A stretch of 64,000 nucleotides of DNA from the NCBI GenBank assembly GCA_028534125.1, contig CM052816.1, positions 33,048,001 to 33,112,000 of the forward strand, given 5' to 3'. Positions 25,312-36,400 of the stretch are shown here, piece after piece. Within the stretch, counting starts at the first letter, position 1. The number at the start of each line of letters is the position of its first letter. The notes beneath the pieces are model-generated. The model was given only the letters and a program-made list of their open reading frames with translations. It searched no databases and was not told the origin of the DNA. Origin of the DNA: Lama glama (Eukaryota). The position numbers were made by a program, and so were the translations under genes.

Positions 25312-27837
25312 GATGCTCTTACTATATGAAGCTATTTGAGGGCGGTAACATGAGTATGTTAGAAATATTTCCTCCAGTTCGTCTAAATTCTTTCCACAAA
25401 AGTAACATATTTGTTGTCAAATCCCATTGATCTATTCTTTTGTCATTTCTCCCAGTAACTGTAAGCCTAGGAATTCCTTCCATATCCAGTATTTGTATTT
25501 GTGTACATGTGTGTTTGGCTCACTGTCACAAATTCAAAAACTACAGAAATACACAAGTAAATTCTGCTTCTCAAAGGAAACCACTTAATGGCTTGGGATC
25601 CATTTTCCCAGAGTTTATGCTCCTCGTTCACACACACGCGCATTTCCATTTGCTTTTGGGGCCACCTGCACACCTAAGTCTCTAGCCCAGCTGGGGTTTC
25701 CTTCAGTGAGTGCTCACACCTCGGAGCTCCTCCTCTGATCCGTTTCTTTTCTAAAGGATGATTAACCAAAGCACTGCTTAGGTAATACGTGATCTTTTTC
25801 TAGGAAAGCATGTTTTGTGGATTATTCCTATTTTTCCCAGTGACCCACACGTGGGGATCAGCCACCGCCTGCTCTACCTCATATCTGCAGGTACCACAGC
25901 TCCTGAGAGCCAGAGCACAAGCTGCAGAAATAACCCTTGGCCAAAATTAACCCGCATCAAGGACTCATTCTGGAAACCCAAGCCCATTAAGTGACACACC
26001 ACTGTCACATTTCTGGTTTTATGGCAGGGGAAAAAGAAAAATGGCTCTATCTGACAAGTGAATGACTCTGCCTCAGATTTGTCACAGGAAGTCCAGAAAT
26101 CCAGCAGGCACGCACAGTGGTCACCTGTCACTCACTTTTCCAGAGCTTTGCAGGGCACTTAGCACGCACAAAACACCCTCGAGAAACTTCCACCGAGTGA
26201 AAGGGGAAAACAAGTCCAGCAACACCCCACAGAAGATAACGTGAGGCTCTTTGAAAGGCCCCCGTGTCACGTGGCTGCTGCGTGATGACCGCTCTATGCA
26301 CTGGGAAGACTTCTGCAATCTTGAATCCCTTTATCAAGTCATTTCTTGAGGACCCATTGAGAAAATGAAATCTTGATGCAGAGCAAAAAGCAAATGAAGT
26401 AAAGACCTATAACAGTCACACAATGGGCAAAGGAGCAAGCATTCCTGCAGCCCCAGGGACAGACCTCACTTCTCTGCTTTCTGTGGCAACATCACAGCCA
26501 GGCTGGCGGTTGCATCACTGGGAGCAGTGATGTTTAACTGTGAGTGAAACCAGGTCATTCCAGCTAAGAAGCATCTGTACCCGTTTCTGATGGTGATAAT
26601 GCCACAGGCCTTCCAAGGGCCTCATGTGGACCAGACATACCAAAGCTTTCGCTGAAGGACGCAGTAAAGGAAGCCAGCTCCAAGACTGCATGTAGATCAC
26701 ACTTGGTGCGAGGACAGTGGCAGACCTTGTGAAGGCCGCCAGTCAACCATCACTCAGCAACAGCGGGAACATTCTTAGCAGAATGTGCTCCAAAGGGGAC
26801 AGCAGTATTTCTCACCATTACCCAGACCCCAGCACCAAACACCAAGAAGGCAGCCACTCTGCCAATGCTCACCGGTGGGCAGCAAGTTAGAATAATCAGA
26901 GCTCAATGAGTTTCCCTCAGATAATTAGACTCACAATCTGGTTGGGGCCAGACACAAACTGCCTGGATCAATCCGAAATAATTTAGAGCAGCTCAAGACA
27001 CGTTTTCCATGTCTGTATCTGACAGGCAGGTTAAACTCCTTTCTAAGTGTCACCACACCCTTTAATGCACTTCAAATTGCATGTAAAATTTATCACCTGT
27101 CTATGGGCTCTGGGCCTGAGAGGCCTGGGACTCAGCCAACCTGACAGAAGCCATAGGCCTAAGGAGGAAGGGAGGCCTTTCCGACGTCATCAGAGCACCA
27201 CTGGAGGAAACAGGCTTCAAGAAAAAGCAGGATGGAGGGGGCAGGGGACATCCAAGCAAACATGCCTACAGCCATTTCTGCCTTTGAGATGTTTGCTGGC
27301 AGTTGAAAACATTTTCATTTCTCCAACTCCTTTGATCGCAACATTCTCAAATATCTTTGGCAGCTCCCCAATGCCTATGGTCCAAATGCCACTGTCTGGC
27401 CTTAATGGCCCCTTCCTTGTCTGACCCCACCTCTCTTTCCAGCTCCCTCTGCTCCTCCACATACGGGTCAAACCGGTCAAGTCACAGCTGCCTTTTCCTG
27501 CATATGTCACTCCCTCCAGGGAAAAGGCTGTTTTCTCCTCCAGATACTGAAATCCTAGCATCCTTACAGAGCCAGATCGCAATCAGGAGACCCCCATAGG
27601 CAGCTCAGGCTGAAGCAGATGCTCCTCCTTTCAATTCTTTATTTGCACCATTCATTTGGCACATAAGAGTTTTTCACTGCAGTCATCCCTGTACCTACTG
27701 GTGATGCATCTGAACTGGTCCTGTGCATCCTCCCTGCCTCCCCTGCCCTCCCTCAATGCCTAGTGCATGAGTGCTCTTAGAATCAGCACTGTCTGGATGA
27801 AGTCCCTCCTTTCTGGGTCCTTATCCCATAATGGGGA

Positions 27838-28167
27838 TTGGGTCACGAACTCCAGCGTCCAGGAGGCCAGGCGGGTGAAATATGCGGGGAAAGCGCTGGG
27901 TGAGCATTAGGGAGTGGTGGGGGCTGTGGTCAACTGGAGAGTGCTTGACCCCTTTACCACTGGGTATCTGTCTCCACTCCATCATCTGTTGCCAGATGGG
28001 AATGTGGGCCCCACGTGGCTAGATAATTTTGCAAAAAAAATTTAAAAATCCCAATTATCTAGATTTTAAGTGAAATATTTTGATACGTACGGGCTACTTA
28101 CTTTTTTTTAAAAAAATGCTGTGTAGGTAAATAGAAGCACGTCTGTGGGTTCCAGTTGTGAGTCTGG
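27838..28167 (+). mobile_element. hAT-Charlie MITE, MER102-like
   Basis: Motifs GGCCAGGCGGGT..., TAGGGAGTGGTGGGGGCTGTGG..AACTGGAGAG, TGTTGCCAGATGGGAATGTGGGCCC and CACGTCTGTGGG match the recalled MER102 consensus. Confidence 0.75.
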
Positions 28168-28911
28168 GACCTGTGATCTAGAACCTCCACCGATTTTCTC
28201 CGCAATTCTTTATTAAGGGTGTTTGTCCTGAGTGTAGCAGTGAAAACATAGAAGAGTCTCTGACTTCAGGGAGTTTGACCCCTAGTTCTTGGACATGTAA
28301 CAAAAACGTGGTGACATGAGCAAGAAATGGCAGCATGAGCTGATTATGTAGAAATAGGACTTCAGCCTTTTTGAAGTGAGAAGGGTTGCCATGGGCCAGG
28401 GGATCACTATGACAGGCTTGTTTCTTATTAGAAGTTCTCATTATACCCCCTTGGACACAGGCAGTCTGATGCCTCAGACCGCAAGGGACAGAGCCAATTT
28501 CTTTTATTTCCTCCTATTTCCTGGGCCACGGCAGGCCAAAACAACCATTAGAGATGGCACCGGACATCGAGGACCTGCTTCGCACGGGGCACTGCCTCTC
28601 AAGCACTCTATTTCATTGATTTCAGGGATAAATAAAGCACATTTATTTCATCACTCCTCCTGGCACCTTAGAGGGAGTATTACTTTCATCATGCTACATC
28701 ACTTTTTGAGGAAAGAAGAGGGAGGGTGTTAAGGAACCTACTCAAGGTCACAGAGCAGCCAGGAAGCCAGGCCTTGAACTCATGGCCACCGACACCACGC
28801 GCAGCTGCAGGAGAGGGGACGAGAAGGCATGTGCGTGCAGAGAAAAGCTGAGGCATCACCTGGGTCCTCCTGTCTCCACGTGGCCGAGGGTGCGCTGGCA
28901 GGGCCGTGCTG

Positions 28912-29006
28912 TGAGGACGTGGCCTCAGACACAAGGAGGGTGGGTGCGCTGCAGGGCCCCCTCCTCCTCACGTTTTCATAAACATGAGGCATAAAGCAGG
29001 GCTCCC
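28912..29006 (+). repeat. Local direct repeat, copy 1 (about 95 bp)
   Basis: Aligns to 30018-30112. Confidence 0.92.
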
Positions 29007-30017
29007 TCCATGTGCAGAAATGCCGTCACCCACAGAAGGTGGTTCCATGTGTTCGCATCTCTGCTGATGTCATTATTCAACTTGAAAGGGTCTGCGCACC
29101 TTCCTGAGCTGTGAGACTGGGGGCTGCCGTTCTGTTTCCGGCTTCTCCTGCCACCTCAGATGTTTTAAAATAATGAACCTTGGAGAACTTACACATTTCT
29201 GGAGAGGAGTTAAGAACGAAACCATAGCCCAACTAACCTTTTATAAGTGCAGACAGGTGACAAAACTATTTCTGAAGAAAGCAAAGAAGCAACTGGTAGG
29301 AGATTGAGGGGAGAGGCTCGCTGGGTTGAAGAGGCAGGACTAGACTAGTTTCCATGTTGGGGGTGGGCTCACAAGTGTTCACTGCTACACAGAAATGAAA
29401 GTGATGGAAGAGGGTCCTGCGTGGACCAGAGATGAGCAGAATAGGAATCAAAGACCATGATTAACCCAATCTGTGCACCTGAGATCCAAAAGTAACTAGT
29501 AAACTGGATCACACAATAGACAGAATAGACAATCCGTTAAACAGACTGCAAGAAAATAAACTGCCAAGTTTCAAAGTGACCTCTGTGTGCTTTACGCTGG
29601 GGACTTCCACCTGGACTCCTGCACCTTGATCAGGATCTGCTGAATCCCCTGAGTGGACACAAACTCGAACATGTGTGTGTTTTCTCCAGGAGGGAGGTTT
29701 GCAGGTTTTCTTGGAAGGATTCATTATCTAAAAAGAATTAAAACTAGGGCTAGAAAGGGCAGGAAGTGAAGCAGCAGCACTGCGGCAGGCACTGATGTCC
29801 TGGGCCACAGAACCAAGTCCCAGCACGCTCCAGGAGACCGTCGGGTGGGAAACCTGGAGGGGCCCCCATGGATGAAGTTACTGCTCCCCAGTGGTTGCAT
29901 TCGTCCTGGAGAAAACAACACCCAGGACAGAGGAGGATGTGACATCTTGCCAAGGTGGACCCTGCCCTCTCCTCTCCCATCTGCTAAACTTACACAGGAA
30001 CAACATCCTGGACTTTC

Positions 30018-30112
30018 TGAGGACAGTCCTGAAACCCAAGGGGAGTAGGTGCACTGCAGGGCCCCCCTCCTCCTCGCGTTTTCATAAACACGAGGCATAA
30101 AGCAGGGCTCCC
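30018..30112 (+). repeat. Local direct repeat, copy 2 (about 95 bp)
   Basis: Aligns to 28912-29006. Confidence 0.92.
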
Positions 30113-30952
30113 CCTGGTATTTGCCTGGTTTCTTCCAGGTGAAGGTCATTGATTTTTAAAGGTAAAGGTGGACGTGGATTATAGCAATATCCACGATGAT
30201 GGAAAAGAAGATTTGTGTTTGCTCCTGCTCTGTGTTTAGGTACAACGTGTATGACGCATTAGAGCGATGACTCCTGCCAGGGGTAAGGACACCTCACGAG
30301 TACAAGTGAAAAGAAAAGGAGTCAACGAACTGACAAGGTGGACAAGTTTTAATATGAAACTTGGGAAGTAGAGAAAGACAACTAGGTCAAACTTAAAACC
30401 CAGCCACAATGGAAGGCAATACATATGCTAGGTTACCACAGAAGGGATTTTCAACCTAACAGGAAAAAAATAAATCGGAGCTGGAGTATCATCACAAATG
30501 CAAAGGCTGTGGGGCATGAACATCACAAAACTGAACTTCAGAAGGAAAGGTGACCTCCTACAAATCACAGCCTTGGTGCAAGTGACAGAGCAAGAGGAAG
30601 GTGTATCTTGTTCAGAGAAGGGTACAGGACAGCAGCTGTGCGTCAAGATGATGACTTTGGAGTGGAACCCCCACGTGACTGTAAGAGCAGGCCACTGGGG
30701 GTCTGCCTGCACACAGCCCCTCATGTAATTATGAAGGCAGAAGACTCTACAAAGGAGGGTTCCTTCCAACACCAATGCTTTCTGGTTCAACCTAAAGAAG
30801 TGTCCTCCTATACCAACTTCCCCGTTCCATTTGCTCAGGCTAGATCTTGGGTCTGCGTAGCTGATTAAGCCCAGGCAGAAAACCTCTTAATCATTTCAAA
30901 TATATAGAAAGGTTGGATAAAACTTAAGAAATTAAAAAAAAATCTAACTAAC

Positions 30953-30975
30953 CTCAGAAGCAAAAGGGTCAATGG
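30953..30975 (-). other. ZBTB38: 23-nt non-coding microexon (5' UTR)
   Basis: Minus strand reads TTTCTCTTTGTTTTCAG|CCATTGACCCTTTTGCTTCTGAG|GTTAGT: a strong acceptor and a good donor 23 nt apart, 1.35 kb downstream of the large exon. Confidence 0.6.
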
Positions 30976-32328
30976 CTGAAAACAAAGAGAAATTTCAAAT
31001 TTCAAAATAAGAGCAAAGAGGGGGTTTGAGACTAGACAGGACCGCCGCTGCTATCCAGGTGAGACCAGGAAGGAGATTAAAGACCCCGCAGCTGGTGGGG
31101 AACTGGCACTGTGCTCCATAAAACTGGGCAGGGGGGGACTTTTGTCAGGCTAAACTTTAAATGTATTTGCATGTATTGAACACAAATTAACTTGACTGTG
31201 CAATAGACAAAGGGCTAACATTCTATACTGGATAATCTGCTGGTCATTTGGAATACGGCAGCTTACTTAATATCAAACATTTAAATTCTTACGTTACACA
31301 AGGGAAAAAAGCTTCCTGTCTGTTCCTCTCAAGTTGACTTGCCACCACATATGCTTGAATCTGGACTTAGACAGGACTGGTCCTCCACAATCTAGAGTTC
31401 CCACCCCTCTGTAAGTCCAGGGCCCCAGGTTAGATGAAGCCCTAGTCCATGGCTCCTTGCTTGTGACTTACAAAACCCAAGAACCAACTAGTGTTTCTCT
31501 TCCTCCTCCATTATTAGTATTGCTAAACAAACTTCTTGCATTTCAGAGTTGATTCTTTTGACATTCTCATTTTTTGAACTTCTATTAAAATTTGAAAGAA
31601 ATAGTTAAACCATGTTCTGGGTCAGACTGCAACTCTTAAATTTTAGGTCCTCTTTTACTCCAAAGTAAGTAATTTAAATTATTTAGGAAGGTGAGTTTAG
31701 TAAAGGTTCATTAATTAGCCTAAGACACACATTCCTTTCTCTTTAAAAAGGGAAAGTCTTATTCTGCTAGAGGGACAGATGACACCAAGCAAGTCTTTAC
31801 ACTTGAGCTAATTGAGACCAGGGCAGTCAGGAATTAAGTGGTTTCCTGACAGGCCATCCAAGCAACATGCCGTCCGACAGGCTCCGCTCATGCCAGCCAG
31901 AAAAGAGGTGACGGCAGCAAAGAAGGACCCTCCCTACCCCATTCTCCTCATCTTTCCTCTCTCTCCCTCCCAGGCCTTACTGGTTGTCAACACAACCAAT
32001 TAAAGAGCAAACGTTTCTTGCACCAAACAGGCTTTCCTTCTTCCATTACCCTCGACAACCTCTGTCCTCCGTCACTAATTTTCCTTTTCCCTGAAGCCAC
32101 CAAACATCTACTGTCTGCCTTCCTTGCCTTTGACACTGCTGAATAAATTGAGATTAATGGAATTCAGTGTGCAGTTCAGCAAAAGGAAAAAAAAAAGGAG
32201 GGGTGGGTAATAAGCTCAAAAAATAAAGCCACCCCTGTGTTCTGAGACCATCAAGAGGAAATGACTTCTTACTAGTTCCTTTAAAAAGAAAAAAAGGAAA
32301 GAAAGAAAAGAAAAAAGAAAGGACTCAC

Positions 32329-32866
32329 CTAGTCCCAAGCAGTCATTTTTTAATCTAGATTTGCCCAAATCAATTCTCCAGGACTAATAACCCTCACTGG
32401 GGTAGCACCATCATTCAGAGTTGACTTTGCAAGGTTTTCTCCAGGTACTGCCACAATTTTTCAATCTTTTGTGAAAACACACACACACAATTGGTCTACA
32501 GACCCATCTCTGTAGTTTTCTTTTTGGACACGTTCATTTTTTAAGTCATTCAGATACGTTTCCAATGTATGCGGTGGGGACACAAAAACACACGTCATCT
32601 ACACCCAGCATGCAGCACACACAAACACACACACACACACACACACACAAGGAGTGCTAATTGCCTGAGGCTGGCAACTAAACTTAAAGCAAAGACCACT
32701 TAACTACTCTCTTTTCTTAGAGAGGTGAGACACAGTTTGACTGTGCCCCAATTGCTGAAAGCAATTAATACCTTCGACTTTTCTCCCCCAGCCCCAGTGC
32801 AGACAAAAGTTTGTCATTTTTGTACTTTTTCTAGTGGCACAGAAGCTTCAGAGTAACCATATGGCA
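32329..32866 (-). other. ZBTB38: Large non-coding 5'-UTR exon of a minus-strand gene (probably ZBTB38)
   Basis: Minus-strand acceptor TGTCTCCATTCTTTCTTCAG| (AG = plus 32867-32868). Alternative acceptor GCTTCTGTGCCACTAG| gives 32329-32830. Donor is CTAG|GTGAGT followed by a long pyrimidine tract. It contains only short ORFs. The gene name comes from recalled exon-size and spacing similarity to the human ZBTB38 leader, not from an alignment. Confidence 0.55.
32616..32649. repeat. (CA)n microsatellite inside the putative 5'-UTR exon
   Basis: Directly visible; a second short (CA)n tract lies at about 32477-32489. Confidence 0.95.
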
Positions 32867-33242
32867 CTGAAGAAAGAATGGAGACATAACATATTCTCAA
32901 CTGTGTTTTTCCCACCCCCATCAACAATGCCTGCTCACTGCCAAGTTTAAATGTGATTTAAATTATGCCCAATCTGGAAAATATTTTACGTTATTTGAGT
33001 GCTGGCCACGAGTAAAACATATACAATTTCCCTTCTCCCCTTTGAGAACTTTGGAGCCACCAGGTCAGGAGCTCTCTTGGTGACGAGCCCCTTCCCATCA
33101 GCGTAGAGAGGCCAACACTCAGGATCGGAGGCTGAGGTCCTGCATTTCACTCGGGGCCTCACTCTTCTACCAACAGGAATGTGCTTAGCTGTGTGTCAGG
33201 TCTGTGCCGACTGTCAGACAGATCAGCTTCTCGGCTTCCTAC

Positions 33243-33420
33243 CTTGTCAAGTGCCACGTCCTCCGAGCCCGGCCTGGAGTGGAGTCCTAAGTCCCTCGGA
33301 GGTGTGGGTGTGGCAGCCGTGCAGTCCAGGGTTGGTCTTGCCGGCCGGCCGCCCAGGCAGTAGCCTTTTTATGAACTCAGTGACTCAGCGGCGTCCCCTT
33401 CCCCCTGCTGGCCTCCCATC
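33243..33420 (-). promoter_or_regulatory. Putative internal promoter/enhancer: ARE/AP-1 site, TATA-like box, CpG-enriched patch, possible short first exon
   Basis: GTGACTCAGC at 33380-33389 (AP-1 core within the ARE consensus RTGAYnnnGC). Minus-strand CATAAAA at plus 33367-33373. GCCGGCCGGCCGCCC about 30 nt downstream. Minus-strand donor CAAG|GTAGGA at plus 33241-33243. Confidence 0.4.
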
Positions 33421-36400
33421 TCACTCCTCTCGATCGCAGTGATGCCCATGTGACAGCACGTAGTCTCCACCGAGACTAATCCCATATCAATAAGAGCTTT
33501 CAGCACGACCCAGACCAGATTACTCTGTCTCACAACCACTCTGCTGACCTTCCCTGGGGGCCAAAGAATACTCCCCCAGCGCCTACTATTTACAGAAGAG
33601 TCCACATAAGCCGGATGGCTTGGTGTGATGATTTCACTTCCAAAGTTTGTGGCTTTAACAAAGCAACTCGGCATCCAATATTCAACCACTCAACCAGGCA
33701 CGGTGCAAGCCACTGGGGTGAGAAAAGTACTCTGGATTTTACATAGATGCAGCGATAAACAATCACTCCTGGGTTCTATGAAACACAACCACCAGAGCAC
33801 AGTATCATTCCCGTATGCACAACCCCTATCACCAAACTAAAAGATTACAAATAAAGGCTGCATGTTAAATGACAGCTTAAGACGAGCTCAAAAATACCAG
33901 ATGTATGGGGTTTGGTACTAGATGTCTTTGCCATAGAGCCAAGGCAAGGCAATGTGCTGTTTTATTCTCAGATTAATTTGGACTAAATGCAATGAGTTTT
34001 GTTTGGTTTTTTTTTTAAGAATACTGAAACAATTACTAAGATTGGTTCTTAACCCAAACAGTCTAAATTGATTCTGAATGGAGGCCCATGAAACTTGAGA
34101 GAAGGGAAACCAACTCAGTGGATCAAACCCCTCCACTTTCCCATCTTTTCCAGCCATTTTTATTCCTGTTTCCGGTCTCTCTCTGTAGCCTCTCTAAGCA
34201 GCAAAGATAAGTAAGAGGAATGAGTATAGAGCCTCCAAACAGCCAAGGAGACAGGTAACGGGGTGTTCCCAGAGAAGCCGACATATGTGCCTGGAGAAAC
34301 CGTCTTGAGGTTTTGCAAGAACAGTTTCATCAGCATTACATGCAAGAACAAGAACACCAGGCCATATATAAAATCATCACGAAGGAGTTTTCCAGCATTA
34401 ACCGTTAAGTTAGGAAGCCGTCTCACCAGACGAAGGCCCTTCGCACACACAGCTCTCTTCTCAGAAAAACTCTGCTTATTGATCTTGAAAGGTTTTCAGT
34501 TCTAAACCTGTGATGATAGCTATTGAAAGTCAACCTCTTTTCCTTAGAAATGCATTAAAATGAAAAAAAAAACCCAACATGCACCAGATAATTTACTTTA
34601 AGTATTAAAATACTTGGAGATTACTGAAGTCTCTGTTCAAACCAGTTGGGCTGACCTGAGGTCGTCACAGAAGAGAGACACCAGGGGAAAGAGAGCAGAG
34701 ACAAGCTTCCAGATGGAAAAACATGAGAGGGAAGCACGGACGTCAAGGACCCAAGGGAAATTCAGTACGTGGGATTCCTTCCCTAGTTGTCTGCTCTCTG
34801 TCCAGAATTCCAATTATTACCAGAGAGGAGGGTGACTCCAAGTACTTTCTGATCATAATACCTTTTGCAATTTGTCAGCTGTAAGACCTCAGATTCAAGG
34901 TGGATTAATTTGGAAAGTCAAATTGGATCCATTTTGAAGTCTTCGTTTCACATACAACAATAAATAAATGCAAACAGGCAGTAACAGAGAAAACAAACAA
35001 ATACTTAGAAAGAAAAGAGGAACTGCCTGTAACTTTCCCCTAAGCCCACGACAAGGATGCAGCAGGGACCTGGGGCTGGTTGATGGTTTTGCAGACACAG
35101 CGGCAGAGAATTCTATCCCTGTGGGTTGCTCCCTGCTCTTGGTGAAGGAGGCAGGCAGTCCAAATGCTGGTCTCTGTCTTTTCCTTCCCCGTCTCCTAAC
35201 CCCTGCCTAACGAGCATGTTCCCTAAGACTCCCTGAGACATGAGGTGTTTTATGTTGGCAAGATGAGGGCCCTTCCCTGAAGCTTTCACAGGATGTGTTG
35301 AAATGACCATCTACCGATGCAGTGAACAGAGTTGGCCCTCAGAGGCAGGGAGGTGGGTTAGAGAGCCAGCAGTCCCAGGCCCGTGGCAGGAGGTCAGCGT
35401 CTGAGGCGAGATCTCAGCCATCATGACAGAATTATTACTGCCCCGCTGGCGTCAACAGGACCGACCTGGTGCCTGCACGGTCAGGCAGGTGGATGTGGCT
35501 TTGCACTGCTGAGAAGGTGGAGTAAATACGATGGTGAAAAGAAAATCTGAGCCCAGTGCTGCCGTGTCTCTTGTGCGCTTTCCTTCCCCTTTCAGCCTCA
35601 TTTGTAAAAGGTGGAAAAAGTCATTCCCGCTCTGTGTACCTGCCAGTGTCAACATGATGCTTGAACAATGCCCTCGAAAACAAATACTACAAAACCTAAG
35701 ATGTTATCAGAGGACACATTCTTATCAGCCTCAAAGCGGCTTTCTGTCCAAAGACTAAGTTTGGAAAGTATAAATACTTCTAAGGTTGAAAGAAAGTCTT
35801 AAAGAACATTTTTTCTATTGTACAATAGGAAAGTATCTTACTGGCTTTAAACAAGGGAAATCTAATAGTTTCAAATCCATGGATTAGAGTGAGATGGTAA
35901 AGAAACGATGGGGGTGGGATGAGGGGCAAACAGAACATTCTCCTGAATAAGACTACTGGAACCAGCACTCAAGGTGTGAAGGAGCCGCCTAAATTGATGC
36001 AGAACACAAACCAGCTTTGGAATCCAGCTTCTACAAGGCGCCTGACGGCACAACCCAGGACGGCTCCCCTCTGTCGCTTCACCCTAGGAGTGTCTGCACA
36101 GCCCTTGGCCAGCATGTGAAAAGCCCAAAGCTGGCAGCCAACACTGTGCTGGCATCTGGAGTGAACAGGGACAACCAAGCACCTCAGTCCCGCAGGACCA
36201 CCCTGAATACTCAAGTTTAGAATGAGAGGTCACTGGAGCTTGGTGTCATTCAGTCCAGATATCTCGTTTACATACAGGGAGACTGAGGTCTGGGAACAAG
36301 ATGAAGTCACTTCCCCAAGAAAGGCAGCATCCAAGCCCCGCTGAGCACCCTGGTCCCCGGACTCCTCATCCAGTGTACCTTCCACCAGCCTGGGATGTTT

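Noticed and set aside
34189..34254. + strand exon-like segment upstream of the internal promoter
   Set aside because: The acceptor is good, but there are two competing moderate donors and no partner exon; insufficient support.
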